Source: Oikopleura dioica
Taxonomy: Eukaryota; Animalia; Chordata
Length of the DNA: 64,000 nucleotides
Direction: 5' to 3'
Assembly (NCBI GenBank): GCA_907165135.1
Contig: OU015569.1
Coordinates: 11,284,001-11,348,000, forward strand
Position 1 is the first letter of the stretch. Each line of letters starts with the position of its first letter. Below the pieces are notes generated by a model. It was given only the letters and a program-made list of their open reading frames with translations, was not told the DNA's origin and made no database searches. Shown one piece after another: positions 26,469 through 41,138 of the stretch. The translations under genes were made by a program, and so were the position numbers.

Positions 26469-26972
26469 TCAAACGCAGAACCACTTTTTTTGACATTGAT
26501 ATGCTTTATCAATGTCCTGCTTTCGTCTTTGCTCTTGAAACCAAAGGACTGCAATTAATCCCATAAATACAAATAAGAAAATGCGCAACGATTTGTTATA
26601 CTTCTTCTGAACAGTAGCGAGTGCGGAACGCAAACCACGGGCTTCAGCAGTAATGAAATCATATGCGGCCATCAAGTCGCGGTTATCATCTCTGAGCGTG
26701 ATGTTGGGAATCGCAAACTATAAAAAATTATCATAAAGAGAATATACTAGTTTACGTTTCAGCAAGAAAGACTTTTCACTTACATAAAGTTTTTTGACGA
26801 TGGAAGACCTGGCCACTTCTGCGCGGCATGTCGGGCAAATGGGTCGTCGTCGGTTGTGCCGTAGCCACTCATCTAAACACGCCTGGTGAAATATGTGCCC
26901 ACACGGGCAAGCCGAGATGGCACTTTCGCTTGCCATTCCGGCCATGCAGACCGCGCAATCCCCAACAATCAT
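26469..26972 (-). CDS. short TRAIP-like RING protein with C-terminal transmembrane segment (~146 aa, 2 exons)
   Basis: CAVCM...CPCGHIFHQACLDEWL...CPTCR...IVKKLY|FAIPN has the same intron position as the neighbouring TRAIP. It is followed by the hydrophobic stretch IFLFVFMGLIAVLWF and a stop at 26469. Confidence 0.75.
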
Positions 26973-27274
26973 GATCTAAAAGGAAACAAATTAAAAACGA
27001 AAAGAAGATAAAGTTGAAGGAGTTGTTAAAGCATGTTGCGTGCGAGGGGTTCACTTTGAATATTGCAACTGACCCAGTTTTGAATTGAAAGAGTTAATTT
27101 AATAAAAGTTAATCGGAAAACGTTAATTGTTAAAATACTCTATCCCGCGAAGAAGAGCTTGTACAGCATGTAAATATTGATCTAGGGAATAATATTCTTA
27201 CAGATGAAATTGTCTCTAACTAGACACTACACTAGCAACACAGTAGTTTATCACTGTATCACTATATGGCGAAT

Positions 27275-28508
27275 CTAAGTGTCCTTTTTGTCGTCTAGCG
27301 CGATCGTTCCAGGACCCAAGGCGAGCAGTAGATTCAATCCGCCGACGACAGTTAATGTTTGGAAGAAATCTGAAGGCAAAAGCGGATGAGAAAGTGGCTT
27401 TGGCAGAAATCGTTACCATATCTTTTGAAATCGTACATGACCGACGTGTTCGAATGCGACCAGAAATCGTTGACGATGAAGTTGAGCGTCACCATCCAAA
27501 TGATGAGTATAAAGGAGCACAAACGCGTTCTCAAGCCAACCGCGACCAAAATGACGAGAAAGAGGCCGACGGCGTCAGAAATCATCTCCTTCTTGATACC
27601 CACAGCGTCGAAGAAATAGTCTAAGAGGGGTAAAAGATGAAGGAGGGAATGATCTTTACCTGGAACTTGATCTGGTCCTTGGGCATCCTTCGACTTGTCT
27701 TGGTTGAAATGAAGAAGGGTGCAGAAAAGAAGCACTAGAAATACACGACCGAAAAGTTGCAGCGCGTCTTTAGGCTTCTTTTCCTCGAGAATCGGAAGAC
27801 CGGGAGCAACTTTTTGTCCTTTTCCTTTTGCTGCCGATGTTGATGCTCCGCTAGCAGCAAACACAGAGCTCCTATCATGGCTAAAAATACAGTTCTAGCG
27901 CTAGTTTGAGAAGAAAAGCAGCTACCTAGATGGCGCATGAGGAATTTTGCATCTTGAATTATGGAATATACAATTGTTTGAAGAATAACGATGACAGAAA
28001 GCAATAAAACACTTGAACGAAGAGATCAAACTACGAAATCTACAAAAAAACGATGATTCTAGAGATGATCTGCCTCTTTCCTTGGGGTAACGAGAATACG
28101 TAGGAGGACCAATACGCCACAGAGACACTGGCCAACGAGATTGACGAGAACGATGAATGTGGCGATTTTGTCGGAAAAGCTCCATGATTTTCCGATGTAG
28201 TCTTTGTGGTCGTGCCACTGATGCCACATTCGAATTCCATCCTCGATGAATGTGGACACTGCAAAAAGAAATTTACGACAAAGCATTATTTTTGAATTCG
28301 TAGTCTTGGCCCAAAAAAAAACTGAGGCGGTGTCCTGAAAGAGCTAAGAGCGATTTTCGGTATTCTGAGTGAGGTAACTGACTGATAGCATTGAAGAATC
28401 TGCAGCTTTACCTAGAAAGAGACGACCAACCCAGATGATGCCCTCTCGAAAATCTTTCAAAATGTCTTTGGCCACATTGTCCGCTTCCTTTATGAAGCTG
28501 CCTCCCAT
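27275..28508 (-). CDS. SURF4: Surfeit locus protein 4 (ER cargo receptor), multi-exon
   Basis: [64 protein letters not shown]...[13 protein letters not shown] (di-lysine end). Confidence 0.92.
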
Positions 28509-28749
28509 TCTGAAGGCTAATACTTTATTAAAAGAAACAATCTTTTTTGTATATAAAATTTATTCAAGTATGTTTTGCCACAGATACAGACAGGTTTCAA
28601 ATAAAAACAAATATGCAAAAGGAAGGATTATAACTTAATGTTTAACAATAAAGAAACCCGTGAGAAGGAGAATAAGCGAGAATATTTTGAACTAATAAAA
28701 ATAATATTTCAGACTGTCCCTAAAACTAAATAAAATCTCCAGAATTTGA

Positions 28750-30180
28750 AATCATGGAAGAGAATCGAAATCAATGGGCTGTGAAAAGAGTAAATTTTCA
28801 ACTTTACAAGTCTTGAAAGTTCTACTGAGTCAATACAGTGCTGAAAGCGCAGACTATACTCGATGAGAAATTGAAAATGAAAAGACTTGCCGAATCGTTG
28901 CTTTTTAAATAATATATTATCTCGTCACCAAGAGGAATAAATCCGAATTTATAGATTTAAATTTTAAAACAAACGCGTGAAAACTCTCCCAAATGTCATT
29001 TTGGAGGTTCAACAATTTCGAAAATTAAGTAGAAACAAGAGAACACTAAAAGAAACACTTCTCCTTTCAAAAATTAACTGAACGCTTTCACTTTTACTCG
29101 GAAGAACTTTGAAAATCGCTTGCTCACCAATAATATAAATACGTATAGCTATAGTTGTGCTCTTAATCTATATGATGCAGACGTTTTTCGTCCGAAAAGT
29201 AGAAGATCAAGCGTTCAAGCAACTCTTAACCTGAGGGAGTGAATGTCTATTGTAGCGTTATTCGGGAATCTGAAGCCAATCAGATATCAGAATCATTTTT
29301 CTGGGCCAATCAAAGGCTACCATAACCCACTAGAATTCAAGTAACACCACTCTTGCCTGGGACATGAGCATTTCTTTAATAATTCTAGTGCCTCTCAAGA
29401 AACAAATAAAAACGCCCTCAAGCACCTATGAAAAGTTAAATAGTTTATAAGTTGGAGAAGAGTAAGAACTACAAGTAAACTAACAGTAACAGCCATTACT
29501 GAATCGTCGAAATAATATTTTTAGTTATTCGTTAGAAGTAAAAACAAACTCAGTATTTAAAATAAGCTTTAAATAAGACAGAACGCAAAAATGCTTTGTA
29601 AAGGCCACAGAAGAATAGGATTGTTGATTACAAAAAAAAAATAACTTAAATATTGCACGTGTTGGATTATCCATGTCGATTAGGATAGAATATAACTTAG
29701 GGGGAAGGGAAGCTTGGGAAAAGCGTCAAAATTAATTGTGATGTGTTTAATTATTTTTTAACGAGAACTGCGTGTTGGTAAGCAGGGCGAAACCGCGTCA
29801 AGGCCGACTCAAGAATCTCGAAAGAAGAAAAAAAAATATTGCTTGGGGCGAGTGTATTGAAGAATTGATCAAAATCGGAATAATGCTGTGAAAACGAACT
29901 CAAGCACTCGCCCCTGCCAGTAGCTTATGACCATAAGATTGATTTGATCTTGGAGACAACGAGGACTACCTTCAATAATTCAATTGAAAAGCAAGCCCAA
30001 GAAACCATGTCTCTTACCTTAACTGTCACATTGGAAAATCCACCCTTTTCAAACCCAAATTCAAGCATTTTACCGCGTCAAAGGAAAAGAAAGTAACAAT
30101 GAGCGTTTTGAAAATTAATAGGTAAATCTGGAAGAAGATCGGAATTTTGCGAACGTTGCCTTTTCATGCGAAAAAAAATG
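28750..30180 (+). CDS. possible unresolved multi-exon hypothetical gene
   Basis: Several short open segments bounded by AG and GT, e.g. ~29922-30095 AYDHKIDLILETTRTTFNNSIEKQAQETMSL... No consistent full model was obtained. Confidence 0.25.
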
Positions 30181-30487
30181 CGAATTATAATTTTAAAAAA
30201 GAGTGAATTAGGTCTGTTATTAATAAATTTAGGAGATTGATGATTCTTGAGTCTGGCCCCACGGGGCGCTCCTGGTAATCCGTAGATTTTCTTTTTTTTT
30301 TTATTTTTGTAAAAGCGTAAATGGAAAAAAGTGGAACATTTGGCATGGCACTAGAATCGCGCCACGACAACAACAAAAAAGTGGATAGTAGATATTTAGA
30401 TAGTATCAACTTGAACAACTTGGAATAAAGTTGGGATTGCACAGAATAGGTATAAGATAAAATAAAATAAAATGAGCAGATATTAGA

Positions 30488-33400
30488 CTAATGCGAAGAA
30501 GAAGAATTGGGCGGTGGTGGACTTTGAGCTGCTTCTGTTTCTGTGTTGCTGCTGCTGCTTTTCGTTGGACTGGACATGAGCTGAGCCCACTCCTCAGTCT
30601 GCGCGCGTAGCAATTGCTTCACGTCCGCCAAATCGTACTGTAGCTCTTCGACGCGTTCCACCTTCTCGCCGTACAGTGTCAATAGGGCCGAGTACTTCTT
30701 CTCCAACTCGACGATCTTGCGCTTCTGAGCCGAGTTGAGCCCCTTGAACTCGTCGATTTTGTCGGCAACTTCGCTGAGTCGAACCACTTCTTGGGCGAGT
30801 TTTTCGCGCTGCGCCTGAGCCTCGCTTCTGTCACTGCGGAGCTGATACAGCTCGCCTTCACGCTGCTTCAGCTGGGCTTGCAGCGTCTCGATGATGCCTG
30901 GCCCGAGCGGGGTCGATTTCAATGAGAAGGAAGAGTCAAGGATATTTTCAGAAACGCCGCTGAAGGAAATGTCGCCATCGGAGGTGACGGACTCGCGATC
31001 GTTTGGAAGATTGAGGGAGTCCTGCTGAAGGCTGGTAGATTGCTGCGAGGGGTAGTTCCAAAGCCGCTGGAGCGCTAGAAAATCGAGATGAATAATCATA
31101 AGGAATGTATAAAGATAATTACCTTGGGTCTCTGATTCTTGTTGCAGTCTCTTGGCCCTTTCGCTCTCCCCAATGGCCTTTTCTTTCTCTAAGCTCCCCT
31201 CTAGAATGACGATTTCCCTGCGAAGCTGCTCGACCTGACTGTTCAACTGCTCCCTCTCCGATTGGTATTCCGAAATGAGTGTTTCCTTCGCTGCCTCTGC
31301 TTCTTGAAGCGATTTGATTCTCTCGTCAAGCTGAAGTTGGAGCTTGGCTTGGAGGTCGTTGGCTTCGGCGCGCGATCGCTCGAGGATTTTTATTTGCGCT
31401 CTGAGTTCGCTAATTGTGTCGCGGATTGTACGATCTGACTCATGATGAACGGCGATCTGAAGGTTTGGTTGAAGATAAAATATAAAAGCGTATGTTTGAT
31501 GATATGAGGGAAAATGGATAATTATTGCTGGTTGTACCTGCTCTTGAAGTTCTTCTATTCTCGTCTGGAACGACTTTTCCAGCGCTTCGAAATTCGCTGC
31601 TTGACTCGAGTTCGTCGATTGTAAGTTTTCAATCTGTCTCAACAGGGGGCGAGTAGCGCTTTGGATCGATTGTCCGAGATCGTGATTTCTTTGCTCGGAT
31701 TCTTCTAGCTGAGACTGATAGTTAGTCAGTTGCCGCTTGAGATTGTCTTCTCGTCTACCGAAGTCGCCTTCTATTCTGAGCGCCTCGTCCTGGAGCGTTT
31801 GAATGCGCTGCCTCAGCTGGTGCCGTTCAAGTTCCCACTGCCGGGCGGACTCGTCAAACTGCTTTTGCAGCGTGAACTTGGCCTCCTCCAACTTCACCGC
31901 TCCCTCCTTGTCGTGCTCTTTCTCGATGATTGTGCGTTGCAGCTCCGCGATTTCCTTGTACGCTGAGTCGAGGGTCACTTCCAACGAGCGTATCTTCTCC
32001 TGGTTGTCTTCCAAGCTTGCGCGCAAGGATTGAATCTCGTCGTGCGCTTTCTCACTCTCATAAGTCAGGCGACGTAGCGCTTCGGACTTTTTAGACTCTT
32101 CTTCCTAGACAAAAGCAATTAAAATCCACCCTAGCTTTGGGTTACTTAAGTACCTTGACAGTTTCAAGTTCTGCTTCGAGTCTCGTAGAAGAGTCTTCAC
32201 CCTTTTTCGCCTTTTCATCCGACTTTTTCAGTTTTTCGTCGGTTTCCTTGACGCGCGATCGCAGCTTTTTTATGGTATTGTTGAGGGTGAGCTGCTCCTT
32301 GGAGAGTTTTTCGCCCTCCGACATCAACCCTTGGATTTGATCGTCTTTTTCTTTGATAATGTCGTCCACATGATTTTTTGAAAAAGACGAGGCGATTTGA
32401 TCCTTGGCTGCTTTGAGCTGGAGTTGTCGCTTGTGCAGTTCTTCTTCCAGAATCTACGAAAGAAACAAGTTATTACAAAGAACATCAAAAAGATGTTAAA
32501 AGATGTCAAAAGATAAAGAAATTGATGAAGTACCTCTATTTTGCTTGAAAAATTGGCGACGTCACTTGAGTACTCTTCCAAATAAGCAACCTTTCCTCTG
32601 AGTTCATCGTTTTCCGCCTGGAGCTCGGCATTGTTGGTGCTGACGCCGACGAGTTGCTGCTCACGGAGGGCGAGTTGCTTCGTAATCTCGTGGAAGCTGT
32701 TGCCCATCGCTTCTGTGTGTTCCTTCAGGAAGTCAATCTTCAGCTGGCTTTCGAGGGCAACCTCTTCCTCTGCCGGACTCCGAGGATCCCCCAGGTCGGC
32801 AGCTACTTTCAAGCTTAACTTTTCCTCCTCTTCCCTCTTTTGAGTGTGTTCCTTTTCTCCGCCACCTGGATCCTGGTCGTGGGGATCGATGAGCGAGTTG
32901 ACACCATTCACTTTCTTTTCGCTTTCCTTATTCTCTTCTGGAGGCGCTTCTGCTTTTGACAATCGCTTTGCCTTGATTCTCGAGGAACGCGGAGACGTTT
33001 TCTTCGGAGGAGAGCGGCGTGGCTTTGGCGCGTCTTCTGACCACTGATCGTTCCAATTTTCAGACTTGGATGGATTACGCGTCGGGGGCGCTGAAAAAGT
33101 TTTAAAGTTATTGCTTCATTCATGTTGACGAGATTGTATAGTCCCAAGAGTTTTCTACGAAGTGGGTCGATCTTTTTGCATAAATCTACCGTAAAAAATC
33201 TGATAAAGATCAAAAAAATTACAAAGGCAGATAGCTACTCTTTTGCAGCTGTTGGAAACAGAAGGCCTTGCTTGTTGGCTAGGTATAAAAGCGGAAAAGT
33301 TGCAGAAAAAAGTATCAGTTTAAAATGATCTATCTAAAGGAGTATTTCGGTTTATTGCAATCCGTCGAGCGTAAGTCAATATAATTTTGTATGATTTTCA

Positions 33401-33768
33401 ATGTTAAAATGATTCAATAAGATTTTTGACATCTGGTAGGTTAAAATCTTCCCAGCCTTTTCCCTGATTATGAGACAACCTTTCTTGAAAGTACTTGGAA
33501 ATACAATATCTATGATAAACCACGACGTCAACTAATTCGATATATCATTTTCATTTGTGTTACCTTTTCTATTTGTTGTTTCCTCGCTTTTTTCTTCGAC
33601 GGGTAAGACTGGTGGGTCGGTGGCATTTTCAGTTGAACCGATTTCGGGATTGCTTTGTCCAGCTTGCGGCGTTGCATTACTCGCCGCTTCCTCGTTGATG
33701 TCGAGGACGATGTCAATGCCCCGCTGGGCCTCCTTAGCCAGAGTTTTAGCCCAGGAGCTCCAACTCAT
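30488..33768 (-). CDS. TMF1: TATA element modulatory factor 1 (golgin), multi-exon
   Basis: N-terminus MSWSSWAKTLAKEAQRGIDIVLDI. LMSEGEKLSKEQL. ATRPLLRQIENLQ. C-terminal LLTLYGEKVERVEELQYDLADVKQL. Confidence 0.9.
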
Positions 33769-34995
33769 GCTAAAACGTAACAAACACGTTAGAAATCGCT
33801 ACTAGTGATTTTCTTTCAAAAAATATTCGGGGTGATTAGTTTTTCTGCCTATACTAGCTATTCAAAGATACTGTAACTGTTTGTTCATTTGTTTATTAAT
33901 GAATCTAATAACGAAGAATAGAGAGATGCAAATTAAGTTTATTAAATAGGAAAGAAAAAAGAGCACCATCCGGGTGAGTATCTTCAGGAGCAAAATAAAA
34001 TAAAAAAGAAAGAGTTCTAACGATGATTTTTGAATATGTCCAAGAAAGAGGGTTTGACAGAATAGACATTTAATTACTGTAATAGTTCATCTTCCGAATG
34101 GTGCAATCTGAGACAGAAAGAAATGAAAGGCACAATTTTCGGAAGATCCATTAAAAAAGTGGGATTTTTTTCATTTGAGATTGAGGGGGAACGTAGAAAG
34201 ATAAGAAAAGGCAATTTTTGAACTCAGATATTGTAGCAAGAAGAAGCAGAGTTAAACGAGCCTCTTCAGTGTCATTTTTTGTAAGTAGAAATAAAAAAAA
34301 GTTTTTCATCATTTTATTTTTGTAACGTAAAATAGAAGGTAAACAAACGGCGAAAGAAATATTATTTTTTTTTAATTGAAAAGTTGGATCATTGAATAAA
34401 AAATGTTTAGCTTATTTTTCAATTTGAAATGAAAAATTTTGGCTTTTTAATTTTAACTTTGATTTTTTTCAACAGAAAACCAAGAAATCGAAGAATGGGA
34501 AAATAAAACGATTGCTTGTGGAAACTTAAAAGAGTGATTTTTAATATTGATAGCATTTAGTTATTTTTAACAAAACGGATATTAAATTAAACCGAAAAAG
34601 AAGGAGTCATGTTTTTTGACATTTTAAATTAGCGATTTTAACCTTTTCCTTGATTTTTTGAGAATGCGAAGTATTTTCATTGTAGTTTCAGTTTTGGGTC
34701 AGTTTCAGTTACAGGTTGCTACAGTTGTTGGAATCTTGACTGGAGCTGACTTGTTATTGGAGCAGTTATTGGCCAGCAATTGAACTGAGATTACGATTTT
34801 CATTTTTGTTTTGTTAATTAGGGTTAGGAACAGCAATAGTTTAGATTTTTAAGTTCGAACCAAAGTGGGCTCTAGAGTAACTTATAGCGACCTACGATTC
34901 TTTTTTTGCATGATCCAATATTTTAATAAATTTAGAAGATCCATTTTTAACCTAGAAATAGTGCAAATCAACGGAGAGTTGGAACCACGGTTGAT

Positions 34996-38874
<3,879 letters not shown>

Positions 38875-39074
38875 CGTCCGAAATCGATTGTTACTTCCGC
38901 CAAAATAACCACAATAGTCTAAAGCGGTCAATATTATTTCCAACATTATTTTTTTATTTTCCCAAGATTGGGTTTTTTTTGGCCCAGAGCTCTTTTTTTC
39001 GTAGAAAATGCAAATCTACCACACTTTGACCGCATTGTTTCCGTATTATGCTTAAATCAACTCAAGATCATATT

Positions 39075-40772
39075 TTAAGACAGATTTATCACTTTTAATA
39101 ATTCAGGCACGCCAGTGTCATTCTCTTTCTGTACAAGCAGGATAATATCACTCAGAACTTTCGTTATCAGTGGAAAGTGGGACTCGTTATCACTCGATAA
39201 CTCGCTGTGCTTGAGTTTTTCCACAAAGATGCAATTCTCGCGCCAGGACTCTTCAACCCAAAGTGGCTCCATGTCGATGTGTATTAATTCCGACTTCTTT
39301 CTGTTCATTCTTGATAACGATTTCACGTAATCACTGTTAAGGCTTCTCAATTTTCAATTTAGAAGATTCAAATTTTTGAGCGTAGTTATCAACTAGTCCT
39401 GCGTAAAAAACTGTAACAATTTTAGCAAAGAAACTAGAGCGATAAGAATCAAGTTCGATCTGCACCCCCGTCGAGATCTCCTTGCATGAAGCGCCCTCTT
39501 TTGGAAGAGAATCCAAATAAATCAAGACAGCTTTGCTAATTTTTATGTCCTTTCAAAAAGTAAAAGTGAATCAAGGAAACAGAAACTGAATGTTCGAACT
39601 CGACCGAGAACCACTGTTATAAAATGAAGATGCATGTTCATTAGTTGTCTCGAAATCTTTCGTGTCCCGGAGTCTTTTGCCAATCATATTGAATAAATAA
39701 ATAACAATGATTTCTTATCAAATCAGTACATTTTATATTTATACTCTGCTCAAGTTTCTGGTTGGCCTGGAAATTGGTTTCTACGAAAAATTTTTTGAAT
39801 ACTATTTATGAAGCCTTTCCCATTGTCATAAGTACACGAGTTCACAAATAATTTGTAATTGACGCCTTCCGCCAGCGTCGGTTCATAATTCTCGCCTCCA
39901 GTAAGATTGAGAATTCCGTCGGTTTTCTTGTAGAACTGCTCGGCCATTTCTTGCAGCGTGTTGAAGCTAAACGTCGTGTAGAGAACGAGCTCGCAGTCGA
40001 GGCGATTCAGCTCGCGGAGAAATTGTAGCGCTCCGCGTCTGAAACGAAATCGCCACCCAGATTCCACTTAATTCGTCTTAAACTTCAAAAGCAACCAAAA
40101 AAGTAGACGCTTACATGTATAGTCGGCTTCTATTAGCGCGTGTAGTTCAAAAGAAACTGTCAGTTTCGGGGCATTTTTATGTTTTTCTGGCAGAAATGAA
40201 TCGTAATTCGGCCGTTTTAAACTCTCCCACCAGCTTTTACAGTAGTTCCATCTTGTTCCCGTCGAAATGGTTTTAATTTTTTTCAAAAAAAACGAGCCTG
40301 AAGCTCAGAATTTCAACATAGTATCTAAAACCATAGCTATGGATGCTCCTTTGAGACGCTCATGTGCTACCATAAATCTGTAATTGTTTGGAAAGAATGG
40401 AATCGGATTCATCGCTTCGTGGAATTGCTCTTCGGTGAAATTCTTGATCACTTCTGGAGGATAAATTCCCGTCTCTGGAAGAGGCGGCATTTTCGGAGCA
40501 TCTGGCAAAGCAGCGTAAATTGGTAACTAAAACGCTCAGGTTAATTTCTAGTGAGGCACCAAAGAAGCAAAAATACCTGATAGCAAAGAATTCCAACAGC
40601 GATGCCCTGAGAAGTGATTATTCGCCTTGTTCGTTTCCACGATTCTGGAACCTAAATATTCTCAATTACGAAGTGAAAACACTCCAAAAAGTACCTCATT
40701 CCATCGCTTGACAAGTTTCAACTCGCGAACTTTCGTCTTCAGCTCTTTTATCGCTGCAGAGAGCCGATTCAT
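39075..40772 (-). CDS. TIMM50: divergent TIM50 (mitochondrial import inner membrane translocase subunit, FCP/NIF-like domain); 3' end approximate
   Basis: PKLTVSFELHAL..SGWRFRFRRG resembles PYTLVLELTG..TGWRFKKRPG. ELVLYTT resembles EIVIFTS. YVKSLSRMNR resembles HVKDISCLNR. A hydrophobic N-terminal segment is present. Confidence 0.7.
39439..39503 (+). repeat. short dispersed repeat (family D), copy 2, in TIM50 intron
   Basis: GCGATAAGAATCAAGTTCGATCT...GCGCCCTCTTTT, homologous to 6606-6669. Confidence 0.65.
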
Positions 40773-41138
40773 GGTCCAACTACAGGACCGATTCTAGTTC
40801 TATCAATTTCGATTGTTCCCCCCGAAAACAAAGTCCGAAATCAGTCTGATTTTCAAACAGTAACTGTCTTGCTTGCATTACTTCTGATTACAGTAAGGTA
40901 CTCAAGGAAGAGCAAGTACCAATAATCAATATTGACAGTAAAAAGAAGTGTGACGGAAGTCGAGTCCAGTTCAAAGGGGAATTTAAGGCAATTTCATTAT
41001 TAGCTTTTTTTCAATAAGAGCATTCAATATTTAAATCCATAGCAACGCCTTCTGAGCGTCAAACAAGAGAGAGAGAGTCTCAACTCTGAGTATCCTGAGA
41101 GTGAGCGTCTGGCTCTTATAAATTCTAGCGATAAGATA

